Sequence record: SRR20825006_718
Length of the DNA stretch: 50,639 nt
Reading direction: 5' to 3' (one strand)
Shown here: positions 17,614-28,367 of the stretch, piece after piece
How positions within the stretch are numbered: position 1 is the first letter of the stretch
Layout of the letters: the number at the start of each line of letters is the position of its first letter
Made by a program: the position numbers and the translations under genes
The notes under the pieces: model-generated
The model's input: the letters and a program-made list of their open reading frames with translations, nothing else
What the model was told of the DNA's origin: nothing
Databases searched by the model: none

Positions 17614-19020
17614 TTAATCCATTTTAGCGTTCTCCAATAATTTCTGAATTCGTTTTTTGGAAAACACCTGATTTCCCTTGATCACGGAGTAAATCTTCTG
17701 TGTATTTTGGATGTTTTCCAATGGATTGGCATCCAAAATAACCAAATCGGAGACTTTTCCTTTGGAAATTTCTCCATAATCATCCGTTTGACTTAAGAAT
17801 TTTGCTCCGTTTGGACAAGAGGTTCGCAGTGCATCGAGAGGTGATATCCCGTTCGCTACCATGGCCTGTAATTCCTTGTGCAAGGAAATACCAGGATAGG
17901 CATAAGAGTTGAACGCCCCGCTGTCCGACCCAGCCAATAATTGAACTCCAGCGGAATCAAGCGATTTCGCCAATTCGCCAAAAAAAGCATCCAATCGCTT
18001 TCTATTTTCACTGGCTTCTTCGGATGAATTTAATGCTGATTGTATTCTTCCTTGATAGGTTTGTATGATACCATCACCCATGTATTGAAGATACTCATCG
18101 TTGCTATGGTCCACCTCGTCCAAATAACTCAATGTTTCCCCAATGTGAAGGGTCGGAACTACAAAAACATCATTTTCTTTTAACGTATTAAAGGTTTTGT
18201 GCGCAGTGCTGTCCGCATAACCTTCCATAAGGGCTGGCATGGCGTCCCAAAAACCAATTTCACCCTGACTCAGCTTCTCGGTAATTTCCATTTCATTGCT
18301 GGCACAGCCTTTCATAATGTAGTAGAGGTGCTCAATGCCATCCATCCCTGCGTATATAGTCTCTTCCAAGGTTACAGTGAACGGCATATGCCCAGAAACG
18401 GTAAATCCTCTTTTCTTGGCTTCTCTTATTGCTGCCAAGTAGCTGTCAGGTGAAATTCTACTGTCATAAATTTTTACAAAGTCCACGTTTAAAGATTCTA
18501 GCGAATCCAATGCTTGGACAACATCATCTTCCGTTTCCACTTCCAAGGAACCTGCCCATCTACTATTGGGACCATCTATTTTTGGTCCAGCGGTAAAGAT
18601 TGTGGGGCCAACCAACTCTTCTGAGGCAATTTGATTTTTCCAGTCCATAACGGAATAGGTGAGGTCGCCGCCTGCATCACGAACTGTGGTAATGCCATTG
18701 GCAATGAACAGTTTTAGAAAGTTCTTGTTGTTTTTGATCAAAGTATCACCTCCCCGTAAATGGATATGATTGTCCCAAAACCCAGGTAGAATGTACTTTC
18801 CAGAGGCGTCGATGGTGGAATCAGCCTTAAAATTGCTTGAACCTTCAGTTTCTACGGCCTCAATCTTACCATTGGATACCAAGATATTTTGGGTTTCAAT
18901 TTTTCCGGTTTCCAGATGGATGACCTGTGCATTGGTAATTGCGAGATCGTAATGGTTGATAGTTTCCTTCTTACAGCTGGCGATTATGAAGAGAAGGGAT
19001 AAAAGTAAAGGTCTAATCAT
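17614..19020 (-). CDS. Amidohydrolase family lipoprotein
   Basis: PGFWDNHIHL, FVKIY, SGH, IEH, AGSDSG; lipobox ASC. Confidence 0.9.
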   Translation of the reverse strand: MIRPLLLSLLFIIASCKKETINHYDLAITNAQVIHLETGKIETQNILVSNGKIEAVETEGSSNFKADSTIDASGKYILPGFWDNHIHLRGGDTLIKNNKNFLKLFIANGITTVRDAGGDLTYSVMDWKNQIASEELVGPTIFTAGPKIDGPNSRWAGSLEVETEDDVVQALDSLESLNVDFVKIYDSRISPDSYLAAIREAKKRGFTVSGHMPFTVTLEETIYAGMDGIEHLYYIMKGCASNEMEITEKLSQGEIGFWDAMPALMEGYADSTAHKTFNTLKENDVFVVPTLHIGETLSYLDEVDHSNDEYLQYMGDGIIQTYQGRIQSALNSSEEASENRKRLDAFFGELAKSLDSAGVQLLAGSDSGAFNSYAYPGISLHKELQAMVANGISPLDALRTSCPNGAKFLSQTDDYGEISKGKVSDLVILDANPLENIQNTQKIYSVIKGNQVFSKKRIQKLLENAKMD

Positions 19021-19095
19021 TTTAGTTTGGTTTATTATAATCCTTAAAGATACCTGATTTTTTATTTCCTATCCCTTTGGGTTTTTCCGATTTTT

Positions 19096-20376
19096 TTGGT
19101 GATTTTTAACCAAATACAAGTTTTGAAGGAAACAAAACCAAGCTGGCTCTATTTATTATTGTTGATTCTCTCGGGAGAGGCCATCTTTATCCTTCCTTTT
19201 GTGCTACCACGTGTTTTTAGGCCCACGGTTCTGGATGTTTTGGAGTTGGACAACGTAGAGTTAGGACTCTGCTTTTCGGTTTACGGACTGGTTGCTATGG
19301 TTTCTTATATTTTGGGCGGTCCATTGGCCGACAAGTACCAGCCTAGAAAGTTGATAGCCATTGCTTTGTGGATGACCGCATTGGGCGGTTTTCTGTTCGC
19401 TCAATATCCAGATTTGTGGGTACTTCAGGTGTTGTATGGTTGGTGGGGATTTACCACGATTTTTCTTTTTTGGGCGCCCATGATCAAGGCCACAAGGATT
19501 TGGGGAGGAAGCGATTCCCAAGGTAAGGCTTTTGGATTTTTGGATGGTGGTCGTGGACTTACGGGTGCCCTGTTCAGTTTATTGGGTGTGGTCGTGTTTT
19601 CGTTTTTTTTGTCCGAGTCTTTGGATATGGCGAGTTTGGATAGCCGTAAAGAAGCATTTACATATGTACTCTACTTAACATCCATAATCATTATTCTGGT
19701 GGGGGTTTTGGTCTGGTTTTTTATGAAAACGGGTAAAAACGAAGAAGAAGCAACCCTTGACCAGATTTCTTGGGGAGATATCAAACAGGTTTTAAAATTG
19801 CCCTCTGTTTGGCTTTTGATGGTGATTATTCTTTGTGGTTACGTGGGGTATAAGATTACGGACATCATATCTCAATATGCGGAAGAGGTGATGCTGTACA
19901 ACCAAGTGGATTCTGCCAAAGTGGGCACTTTGTTGCAATTCCTTCGCCCGGCCACTGGTATTTTGGTGGGTTTGATAGCCGATAAACTGAAGATTACCTG
20001 GCTTCTGTTCATGAGTTTTGTATTAACCTTGATTGGAGGTGTATTGTTTGCCAGTGGACTAATTGCACCTACCACAATGCTTTTGTTCTTTATGTCGGTG
20101 GTTGTGATAGCGGCAGGTGTATACGCTATAAGAGCTTTATACTTTGGTGTAATGCAGTCAGGAAAGATACCGATTACGTTCACAGGAACTGCTGTGGGAC
20201 TCATTTCGTTGGTAGGATACACTCCTGATGTGTTCGCTGGACCAGCTTATGGTATGCTATTGGACGCACATCCCGGAGAAGAACTGGGTCACCAACATGT
20301 TTTTTGGATGTTGAGTGCCTTTGCTTTTGTTGGCGGTTTAGCCGCATGGGTCTATCACAGAAAATATGGTAGATGA
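19096..20376 (+). CDS. MFS transporter
   Basis: About 12 hydrophobic segments, GGPLADKYQPRK motif A; start uncertain (TTG 19096 or 19123). Confidence 0.9.
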   Translation: MVIFNQIQVLKETKPSWLYLLLLILSGEAIFILPFVLPRVFRPTVLDVLELDNVELGLCFSVYGLVAMVSYILGGPLADKYQPRKLIAIALWMTALGGFLFAQYPDLWVLQVLYGWWGFTTIFLFWAPMIKATRIWGGSDSQGKAFGFLDGGRGLTGALFSLLGVVVFSFFLSESLDMASLDSRKEAFTYVLYLTSIIIILVGVLVWFFMKTGKNEEEATLDQISWGDIKQVLKLPSVWLLMVIILCGYVGYKITDIISQYAEEVMLYNQVDSAKVGTLLQFLRPATGILVGLIADKLKITWLLFMSFVLTLIGGVLFASGLIAPTTMLLFFMSVVVIAAGVYAIRALYFGVMQSGKIPITFTGTAVGLISLVGYTPDVFAGPAYGMLLDAHPGEELGHQHVFWMLSAFAFVGGLAAWVYHRKYGR

Positions 20377-20380
20377 TTTT

Positions 20381-20950
20381 CTAATTCCTGTATTTGATGT
20401 TTTTTTCTGAAAAGGCGATGATCTCCTTTATTCTTTTACTTCGTGTTTCTTCCCGTTTAGCCTGATTAAGCCACATGAGATACCCTTTTCGTTGCCCTAC
20501 GGTGAAATTCTGAAAGTTGGTGTGGGCATTTGGCTTCTTTTTAAATGCCTTTTGTAGATCCTCGGGAACCACACCATTTTCGGCATCATCCAACACGGTC
20601 CAAGAACCGTTTTCCTTGGCAATTTCAATCGCGTTTAACCCACTTTGGTGCATCAACCCACTGTCTAACAAATCCTTTATGTAATCCTTGTTCACCTTAC
20701 TCCATGTACTCTTCGGTTTTCTTGGGCAGAAGTATTGTTTGCGCTTGCCATCTCCTAAACTTCTTACGGTACTGTCTATCCAACCGTAGCACAGGGCCAC
20801 CTTTACGGCCTCTTCCCAACGCATACTTTCTTTATGGTGTTCCACCTTGTAGAAGATAAGATGGATGCCAGTGTATGAGCTATGGTTTTCATGAAGCCAA
20901 TCGCGCCACTCCTCATCATTTTTAAAATAATGCTCCGGGTGCTTCTCCAA
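20381..20950 (-). CDS. YdeI/OmpD-associated family protein
   Basis: WRDWL, ALCYGWIDS, PRKPKSTWS, AKREETRSKRI; TTG start. Confidence 0.88.
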   Translation of the reverse strand: MEKHPEHYFKNDEEWRDWLHENHSSYTGIHLIFYKVEHHKESMRWEEAVKVALCYGWIDSTVRSLGDGKRKQYFCPRKPKSTWSKVNKDYIKDLLDSGLMHQSGLNAIEIAKENGSWTVLDDAENGVVPEDLQKAFKKKPNAHTNFQNFTVGQRKGYLMWLNQAKREETRSKRIKEIIAFSEKNIKYRN

Positions 20951-20951
20951 A

Positions 20952-22565
20952 TCAGATTTTTTTGGTCTCTATGTAAAAGTTTTTATCAAAAACCACTTGG
21001 GTTCCATCCAATTTTTCGGTTTTCCATTCACTATTGGGGAACAACCACTTTTCGGAACCATCAATAAATACCCGAACAGGCATGTCAAAGTCTTGCACTA
21101 CATCTGTGTATCTGAACTTAATCTCGTCTCCTTCCAACTTGTATTCCAAATTAGGAATCATTGTTGTTCGGAGATATTGATTAAAGAATGCGGATAAATC
21201 TTTGCCCGTATGTTTGCTGAGGTAACCCTCAATTTCTTTGGTGGTCACTGTTTTGTGATAGAAATCTTTATTCAATCCTCTTAAGATTTGGCGCCATTTA
21301 TCATCATCCTCCACCAATTGGCGAAGTGTATGCAACATGTTGGCGCCTTTGTAGTACATATCTCCAGAACCGGATTTGTTGACTCCGTAGGTTCCGATAA
21401 TGGGACTGTCGTTCTGAATATTGCTTCGTGTTCCTACAACATAAGCTTCAGATGCTTTTGTACCAAAATGATAGTCTAGGTACAGGTTTTCCGAGTATGC
21501 GGTAAATCCTTCATGAATCCACATATCCGCAATATCCTTATAGGTGATGTTATTGGCAAACCATTCATGTCCCGCTTCGTGTATTATGATAAAATCAAAC
21601 TGCAAACCCCAACCGGTTCCGGACAGGTCTCTTCCCAAATATCCGTTCTCGAACTTGTTTCCATAGGTAACGGAGCTTTGGTGTTCCATGCCTAAATAGG
21701 GAACTTCCACGAGTTTAAAACCATCCTCATAAAAGGGGTAGGGACCAAACCAATGTTCAAAGGCCTGGAGCATCATCGGAGCTTGTACAAACTGCTTTTT
21801 GGCCTTCTCTAAATTTTCTGGCAATACATAGTAATCTAGTTTCAAAGGACCTTTTTCACCTTCGAAAACTTCATCAAAATGGACATAGTTTCCAATATTG
21901 ACATTTACTCCATAATTATTGATGGGGTTTTTTACTACCCAATTGTAGGTTTTGAATTCATCTATTTCCTCAACGCTTTCCAGTTGTCCGTTGGAAACAT
22001 CCATTAGTTCTTTGGGAACGGTAACACTAATGCGCATACTGTCCACTTCGTCGTACATGTGGTCTTTGTTGGGCCACCAAACGCTTGCACCAAGTCCTTG
22101 GCAGGATGTAGCCACAAAGGGATTACCATTCTTATCCTGTTTCCAAGAGAAACCACCGTCCCAAGGTGCACGAACAGCTTCCCGTGGTTGTCCCGAATAT
22201 GTGATTTTAACTTCGTTGAATTCGCCAAGAACCTGTTTTTTCTTTAGTTTGATGAAATGCGCATTGCCTTCTGAAGTGAACTTCAATTTTTTTCCATCTT
22301 GCTCAATGGACTCAATCTTCATGGGTTCTTGAAGATCAATTTGAAGTGTTTTGGCTTCTTCCAAAACTTTATACCTTACCACGTTATAGCCCGAAATAAA
22401 CTTCTTTGAAGGCTCGATTTTAACGTTGAGGTCGTAGTGATTCAAGTCCCACCATGCCCTTTCAGGTGTAATACTGCCCCTTAAAGTATCTTGTCTTGTA
22501 AGTTCTTGGGCGTTAATGGACCATACCCCGAGTATAAGGGCAAAAAGAATTAAACTTTTTTTCAT
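20952..22565 (-). CDS. M1 family metallo-aminopeptidase
   Basis: GMEH, HEAGHEW followed by WIHEG, YYKG; signal peptide. Confidence 0.93.
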   Translation of the reverse strand: MKKSLILFALILGVWSINAQELTRQDTLRGSITPERAWWDLNHYDLNVKIEPSKKFISGYNVVRYKVLEEAKTLQIDLQEPMKIESIEQDGKKLKFTSEGNAHFIKLKKKQVLGEFNEVKITYSGQPREAVRAPWDGGFSWKQDKNGNPFVATSCQGLGASVWWPNKDHMYDEVDSMRISVTVPKELMDVSNGQLESVEEIDEFKTYNWVVKNPINNYGVNVNIGNYVHFDEVFEGEKGPLKLDYYVLPENLEKAKKQFVQAPMMLQAFEHWFGPYPFYEDGFKLVEVPYLGMEHQSSVTYGNKFENGYLGRDLSGTGWGLQFDFIIIHEAGHEWFANNITYKDIADMWIHEGFTAYSENLYLDYHFGTKASEAYVVGTRSNIQNDSPIIGTYGVNKSGSGDMYYKGANMLHTLRQLVEDDDKWRQILRGLNKDFYHKTVTTKEIEGYLSKHTGKDLSAFFNQYLRTTMIPNLEYKLEGDEIKFRYTDVVQDFDMPVRVFIDGSEKWLFPNSEWKTEKLDGTQVVFDKNFYIETKKI

Positions 22566-22575
22566 TGTTTTTTTG

Positions 22576-23907
22576 TTATCTGAATACTTTATTTGGAAAA
22601 ACTACAGGACTTTCATGTCCATTTTTACCTATGGCCGCAACACCAAAAAAGAAATTATCTATCACAACACCATCTAAGGTGTGTTCGGTTACATTGCCCA
22701 CATATTTGTAATTGTCCCAAGTAGGAGAGGTAGTGTCCCTCCAATAAATTTTATAGCCAACGGCACCATCTACCTCGCTCCAGCGCAATTTGGCACTGGG
22801 TTCAACAATGCCTCCGATTTCTACCGTTTCCGGTGCAGGGGGAGCCCAAGCAATGGAAGCTAGGTTGATAGCATTTACCGCAGTAAGTTTTTTGGCGTAT
22901 TCAAAGTTTACGTGCTCCAAAACATCACCGTAGGCAATACCATTTTCCTCGCGTATATCTTGATGTTGCTGTGTGTAGTTTTCATGGGCTTCCATAATTC
23001 GGATTCCTGCATATCCGGCGTCGTTGAAAGGTCTATGGTGTCCACCTCTACCGAATCTATCTAGGCGATAGATCATCATGGGGTTCATTTCTGGCATATA
23101 GGTTTTAGTGGTTTTGTAAACATAGCGTGCCAGCTGACGTGAAATACCATCAACCTCTCCACCATAAAAACGTCTGGCTCTTCTTTGTTCTTCTGTTTCG
23201 GTTGGGGGCACAGGTTCAGAGAATATTCTAAAATCCCGGTTGCTCACAACACCATCGACGCCCGTAATATTACCGATCATATCATTATTTAGTATACCCA
23301 CAATATCCCATTCTTTTTTCTTGGCATACTCGGCAAGGCCTTTTCCTCCGTAAAGTCCTTGTTCTTCGCCGGAGAGGCCTACGAAAATGATGCTGCTCTC
23401 GAATTTGTATTTTGATAATACCCTAGCGGCCTCAATAGTCCCGGCCATTCCACTGGCATTGTCGTTGGCTCCAGGGGAATCCGAAGTATAGTTGGTAGGG
23501 TCGCTTACACGGGAATCAATATCCCCGCTCATGATGATAAATCTGTTTGGAAATTTGGTCCCACGCTGGATGGCAACCACGTTCACAATTTCCACATCTT
23601 TTACGATTCGGGCATTGTCACCTTTTTCGATTAGATTTTTTTGATAAAAAACCTCTAAACAATCTCCACAATCGGAAGAAATTTTATCAAACTCTGACTT
23701 GATCCATCTTCTGGCGGCACCAATCCCTCTAGTCTGGGAAACCGTATCGCTCAAGGTATGTCTGGTTCCAAAATTGACCAAGGTGGTAACATCAGATTCG
23801 ATACGTTCCGACGAAACCGCATTGATAATGTCATAAATTCTGGTATCGGTCTGCGCATAAATTGTTGTAGTGAAAACCACAAATAGCAAGGGGAATATTT
23901 TTCTCAT
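22576..23907 (-). CDS. M28 family metallopeptidase
   Basis: PGANDNASG, GEEQGL, NNDMIG; start set to ATG 23907 (MRKIFPLL). Confidence 0.9.
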   Translation of the reverse strand: MRKIFPLLFVVFTTTIYAQTDTRIYDIINAVSSERIESDVTTLVNFGTRHTLSDTVSQTRGIGAARRWIKSEFDKISSDCGDCLEVFYQKNLIEKGDNARIVKDVEIVNVVAIQRGTKFPNRFIIMSGDIDSRVSDPTNYTSDSPGANDNASGMAGTIEAARVLSKYKFESSIIFVGLSGEEQGLYGGKGLAEYAKKKEWDIVGILNNDMIGNITGVDGVVSNRDFRIFSEPVPPTETEEQRRARRFYGGEVDGISRQLARYVYKTTKTYMPEMNPMMIYRLDRFGRGGHHRPFNDAGYAGIRIMEAHENYTQQHQDIREENGIAYGDVLEHVNFEYAKKLTAVNAINLASIAWAPPAPETVEIGGIVEPSAKLRWSEVDGAVGYKIYWRDTTSPTWDNYKYVGNVTEHTLDGVVIDNFFFGVAAIGKNGHESPVVFPNKVFR

Positions 23908-23908
23908 A

Positions 23909-24526
23909 TTAAAAAGCGTTGGTTTTTTTCTGAAAGAATGAAGCGTGAAAATAACAAAAAGGGCCCAAAAGTGCATACACAATACCTGGAAGACCGTAAT
24001 ATAATCCCAATTGAAGTTTGGCAACTATAATTGAAATAAGGGCAACAAGTACAAATAACCCAAAATGCCGGGCATAAAAAAGATGTGTCATATTGCTATT
24101 GTTGGCTTTTTTGTAGACCCTTAAATACATAAGTGCATAGCAGGTGAAGATAAGAAGGAACCCAAGACTGTAAAGTTGGAACAGCGAAGAAAATTCATCT
24201 GCATTGATCTGAAGTGCTCCCGTCCACGAATTGATCAAGGATTTTATGGGGAAAATGTAGTAGAGTATCAAAAACAGCAGAACTGCATTGAGGGCGATAA
24301 TCCAATTATCCATGTAACTGGTCCTTCGAAAAAAGTTATAGTGCACCGACCACAATCCAACCAGGGCAAAAAAACTGACACCAAAACTCAAGAACACCAA
24401 CCAGTCCACTTGAAGTATGGAACTTTTGGACTGAGTGCCCACCGAAACCACCAGCAATGTAGCGGCAAAAGCAAAAACCCCATCGCTAAAGGCTTCAATT
24501 CTGCTTCTATTGTGGGGTAGCTTCAT
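23909..24526 (-). CDS. TMEM175-family (DUF1211) potassium channel
   Basis: RIEAFSDGVFAFAATLL signature, W..H, about six TM segments. Confidence 0.9.
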   Translation of the reverse strand: MKLPHNRSRIEAFSDGVFAFAATLLVVSVGTQSKSSILQVDWLVFLSFGVSFFALVGLWSVHYNFFRRTSYMDNWIIALNAVLLFLILYYIFPIKSLINSWTGALQINADEFSSLFQLYSLGFLLIFTCYALMYLRVYKKANNSNMTHLFYARHFGLFVLVALISIIVAKLQLGLYYGLPGIVYALLGPFCYFHASFFQKKTNAF

Positions 24527-24530
24527 TGGG

Positions 24531-26057
24531 TTATTGAATAAACGTGACCTTGGTAATTTCTCCGTTTGTTACCTCGTAAATGGCAATGGCCCTAACCAAA
24601 TTTCCATTTACCGTTACCGACTCATAATCTATGACTTTGTTGCCGATTACGATTCTGTTTACGATCTCACAGTTCAAATCCGGTGTGTTGTTAAAAAAAG
24701 AACTGTACTGTTGTTTCAGTTTTGAAATGCCTTTTGAGTTGAGCTTTTTTGGAAATTGATATAGTTCTACATCTTGGGCATAGGTTCCGGCAAAGGCGTC
24801 GATATCTCTTTCGTTGTATGCTTTCAATTGTTCTTGAACCACACTTTCAGCATCTGTTAAGGGGCCATCTGGAAAAATAAAGGTCATTGATGTGACCAGT
24901 CCATTCTCTACTGTGTATATGGCGACTTGGCGTCCCTCTCTTCCATCCACTTGGGTAATTTCCTCATCCACAACGGTATTGCCTAGAACGATTCGGTTAA
25001 CGACTTCCACGCTCGAGGATTTGACATTCTCAAAAAAACGTTCATAGTTTTCCCTCATTTTGTTTCTCCCTTGATACATTCTATCGTTTGGAAAACGTTG
25101 TACCACAACACCTTCCGAAAAACAGGAGACAAAGGCATCTAGGTTTTGATTGTTAAAAGACTCCACTTGTTTTTGAATTATCTTTGATGGTGAATCCTCT
25201 GCTACAAATGCCAATCGTTTGCCGTTCGGGCTAATTGCAATTCGACTTATATTATTGATTTCCTCCTGTGGGAATGCAATAATGGTCTTCCACGTAGCAT
25301 TTTCTGAATCAATGTTCAATGTCAAAAGCCGTTTACCTGCACCAGTGATGATGGTATTTTCATCCAACCAACAAATGTCTTCTTCATTGTCAAACGTGTT
25401 CGTTATTTTTTTTGATTCCCCGGTAATCGGGTCAAGGGATAAAATTTCCCAAGCATTGTTTCTTTTCCCTATAAAGCTCACTAAATCTGAACCGGGAATT
25501 TTGTGCAAAGACCTTCCCACGTTTTGGTAAACCGTTTTTTGGGTGTTGTCTTCCAGATTGATAACCTTTAGGTCCATTCGGTTTTCAACCAAAACCGTTG
25601 CAACCAAAATATGCTTGTTGTACCAAACATGATAACCAATTTTTAAATCGGTTATAGGGGTAGACTCACGTGATTTAAAGTCGTATTGGTATAACCGTTG
25701 TAACCCATCGACATCCAAGCGAATAGCAGAAAATGCATTTTCTCCGGGAATACGCAGAGGTGAATATTCGCTTCCTGCGGTAGTATAGGTCAGCCAAGAG
25801 GATGTGCTTCCTTCGTCAACATTAAATCGAAGAATGTCTGTTTGGTCCTTTCTGGTTGAAGCGAACAAAACACTACCGTTGTCCCAAAAAGAAGGCTGAT
25901 TGTCATAACCTGCGTTATTGGAAATATTTTTAGGATTGGTCAATATGGGCTTTCCGTTATTCATAGAAAGGTCAAAAAGGTAGACCTCTGTTTCGGTTTG
26001 TGACCATCCATGGGCGCATACCAGTAAAAAACAAATAGCGAAAAGCGTTCGTGTCAT
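24531..26057 (-). CDS. Secreted protein: TolB-like propeller plus two SnoaL/NTF2-like domains
   Basis: GYDNQPSF, SEYSP, ISPNGKRLAFV; duplicated C-terminal domains (Q...FN..NLDAF / Q..AYN..DIDAF; NRIVLGN / NRIVIGN). Confidence 0.8.
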   Translation of the reverse strand: MTRTLFAICFLLVCAHGWSQTETEVYLFDLSMNNGKPILTNPKNISNNAGYDNQPSFWDNGSVLFASTRKDQTDILRFNVDEGSTSSWLTYTTAGSEYSPLRIPGENAFSAIRLDVDGLQRLYQYDFKSRESTPITDLKIGYHVWYNKHILVATVLVENRMDLKVINLEDNTQKTVYQNVGRSLHKIPGSDLVSFIGKRNNAWEILSLDPITGESKKITNTFDNEEDICWLDENTIITGAGKRLLTLNIDSENATWKTIIAFPQEEINNISRIAISPNGKRLAFVAEDSPSKIIQKQVESFNNQNLDAFVSCFSEGVVVQRFPNDRMYQGRNKMRENYERFFENVKSSSVEVVNRIVLGNTVVDEEITQVDGREGRQVAIYTVENGLVTSMTFIFPDGPLTDAESVVQEQLKAYNERDIDAFAGTYAQDVELYQFPKKLNSKGISKLKQQYSSFFNNTPDLNCEIVNRIVIGNKVIDYESVTVNGNLVRAIAIYEVTNGEITKVTFIQ

Positions 26058-28264
26058 GGTTTTGTAAAACGTTTTAAAAGCTGCCTTACCCTTGCGGTGT
26101 TTTCCACATGGTATTTGGCTTGGGTTTTTTTAAGTCCGACCTTAACGGTAACTGCTGAATCGGGTAGTTCCTGAAACATAAATTCATCTGTCCAATCATC
26201 ACCAATCGCAAAAACAAAGTCGTAATCATCTTCACTTAACATACGAGTGGCGGCCCTGCCTTTGTTCACATTGCTGCTTTTTATTTCCATGACCTTGTTT
26301 CCGTTCAGCACACTAATATCGTCATTGCCTATCAAACTACGTAACACCGTATTTAATTCTGTGGCCCTTTTTGTTCCAAAATCGGGGTCGGTGTTGCGGT
26401 AATGCCAAGCCAGGGAATAGTTTTTTTCTTCGATGAACGACCCAGGGGTCCTGTCAACAAAGGACTCAAGCACTGGTCGGATTTTGTCCATCCATTCGCC
26501 TTTTACCTGTTCCAACATCTTAAAATCCTCTCCATTTCGGGAAATCCATACACCATGTTCTACGATCATGTTATATTTTTTAGTCAAGAACCAGCGGGTA
26601 AAGGTTTGCTTGTCCCGTCCGCTGATTAAAAAAACGGTCGTATTTTCCTGTTGGTTCAGTTCGTCCAAGAGCTCGTAAAGTTCCTCATCAGGAGAGGCTT
26701 GCTGTGGGTCTTTATGAAAACCGGCCAAAGTACCATCATAATCTAAGAAGAGCAGTCTTTTTTTTGATTTGGCGTACTCCTTTTCAATGGATAAAAGGAT
26801 TTCTGGCGACATCTTTTCAGAGATAAAAGCCTTGCCGAGCTCTCTTTTTTCCTTTAGTGACCTCATAAACTCATTGGCCCAGACTTCCACATTATAGCGT
26901 TCCAGTCTTTTTTGAAGGAAAGTGTTTCTGGACACCTGCTCTTCCAATGGCATATTGAAGGCTCTTTTAAGTGTGTCTGCTTGCTGTTCAAAATTGTTGG
27001 GATTAATGAGCAGAGCTTCGTTCATTTCGTAAGCGGAGCCCGCCATTTCACTCAAGATGAGTACTCCGGATTTATCCGTTCGTGTGGCGATATATTCTTT
27101 GGCCACCAAATTCATTCCATCTCGCAACGGGGTCAGCCATGCAATATCGCTAGAGGTGTACAGGTCGATTAGGCTTTCAAAGGGTAGTGAGCGGTAGAAA
27201 TACCAAATTGGCGTCCAGTTTACTGTGGACAATTCACCATTGATGCGTCCGACCAGTTCATCAACCTCTCTTTTTAATAATTGATATTGGGGCACGTTGG
27301 AACGCGAGGGCACGGCCAATATGATCAGTCGTACCTTTTCTTTGTATTCTGGATATTTTTGAAGGAAATACTCAAATGCGTTGATACGCTTTGCAATTCC
27401 CTTACTATAGTCCAATCGGTCTATGGAAAGAATTAGCTTGGTATCTGGTGCGGATGCCTTGTGATTGTCCAATCGGAGCTGTAAATCGCTTCGCTCGTCC
27501 TTGCTTTTGGAGTCGTGCAATACAGCGGCATCCCTAAACTTTTTATAATCGATTCCCATAGGGAACGAATCCACTTTGATAACCCTGTTGTCCAAATAAA
27601 TCTCATTGAAGCTTACATCCAGTCCAATAAGTCTTCTTACAGAGCTCAAAAAATGTCTCTCGTAGTCGTAGGTATGAAAGCCGATAAGATCGGAACCCAG
27701 CAGTCCTTCCAAAATCTCTTCACGCCAAGGCAGGGTTCGGAAAATTTCAAAAGAGGGGAAGGGAATATGTAAAAAGAAGCCAATAGTGGTATCGGGACGT
27801 TTTTCGCGCACCATTTGAGGTACGAGCATCAATTGGTAGTCATGCACCCAAATGGTATCGTCCTCATCTGAATTTTCGATGATGGCATCGGCAAACTTTT
27901 GGTTTACGGCTTTGTAGGTGTCCCAATAATTCAGTTCAAATTCGGAATACTTCAAAAAGTAGTGAAACAACGGCCATATGGTTCTATTACTGAAGCCGTA
28001 GTAAAATCCATCAATTTCATCAGCATTCAACTTTACTTTGGCGCAGCCATGCTCTTTTAGGGCCTTGTCTATATCATCTTCCAGTTCTTCTGGCGTTTCT
28101 TCGTCTGTTAGTCCAGACCAACCGATCCATAGACTTTCGCCTCCACTGTGAACCGATTTCATGCCCGTGGCCAAACCACCAACACTAGGTATTGCGGTTA
28201 TAGAACCATTGCTAATTTGTAATTGAACAGGTAATCGATTTGAGATTATGATAGTTTTGCCCAT
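26054..28264 (-). CDS. Bifunctional trehalose-6-phosphate synthase/phosphatase (OtsA-OtsB fusion)
   Basis: SNRLP, GGLA, WVHDYQL, FLHIPFP, DRLDYSKG, DGMNLVAKEY; HAD motifs LDYDGTL and GDDWTDE. Confidence 0.96.
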   Translation of the reverse strand: MGKTIIISNRLPVQLQISNGSITAIPSVGGLATGMKSVHSGGESLWIGWSGLTDEETPEELEDDIDKALKEHGCAKVKLNADEIDGFYYGFSNRTIWPLFHYFLKYSEFELNYWDTYKAVNQKFADAIIENSDEDDTIWVHDYQLMLVPQMVREKRPDTTIGFFLHIPFPSFEIFRTLPWREEILEGLLGSDLIGFHTYDYERHFLSSVRRLIGLDVSFNEIYLDNRVIKVDSFPMGIDYKKFRDAAVLHDSKSKDERSDLQLRLDNHKASAPDTKLILSIDRLDYSKGIAKRINAFEYFLQKYPEYKEKVRLIILAVPSRSNVPQYQLLKREVDELVGRINGELSTVNWTPIWYFYRSLPFESLIDLYTSSDIAWLTPLRDGMNLVAKEYIATRTDKSGVLILSEMAGSAYEMNEALLINPNNFEQQADTLKRAFNMPLEEQVSRNTFLQKRLERYNVEVWANEFMRSLKEKRELGKAFISEKMSPEILLSIEKEYAKSKKRLLFLDYDGTLAGFHKDPQQASPDEELYELLDELNQQENTTVFLISGRDKQTFTRWFLTKKYNMIVEHGVWISRNGEDFKMLEQVKGEWMDKIRPVLESFVDRTPGSFIEEKNYSLAWHYRNTDPDFGTKRATELNTVLRSLIGNDDISVLNGNKVMEIKSSNVNKGRAATRMLSEDDYDFVFAIGDDWTDEFMFQELPDSAVTVKVGLKKTQAKYHVENTARVRQLLKRFTKP

Positions 28265-28367
28265 AAAAGGATAAGTTTTGACGTGTTTTAATTTTTTGTT
28301 TCTTTAAAAATCGGGAAATTCGAGCGCAAAACCAATTCATTCTAAACCTTTTGAGAATTTTTGAGCT

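Noticed and set aside
23908-24024. ORF-track N-terminal extensions (also 12974-13078, 39049-39099, 46557-46589, 47891-47959, 47905-47949)
   Set aside because: They overlap neighbouring genes or promoters. Downstream ATGs give proper signal peptides or family N-termini.
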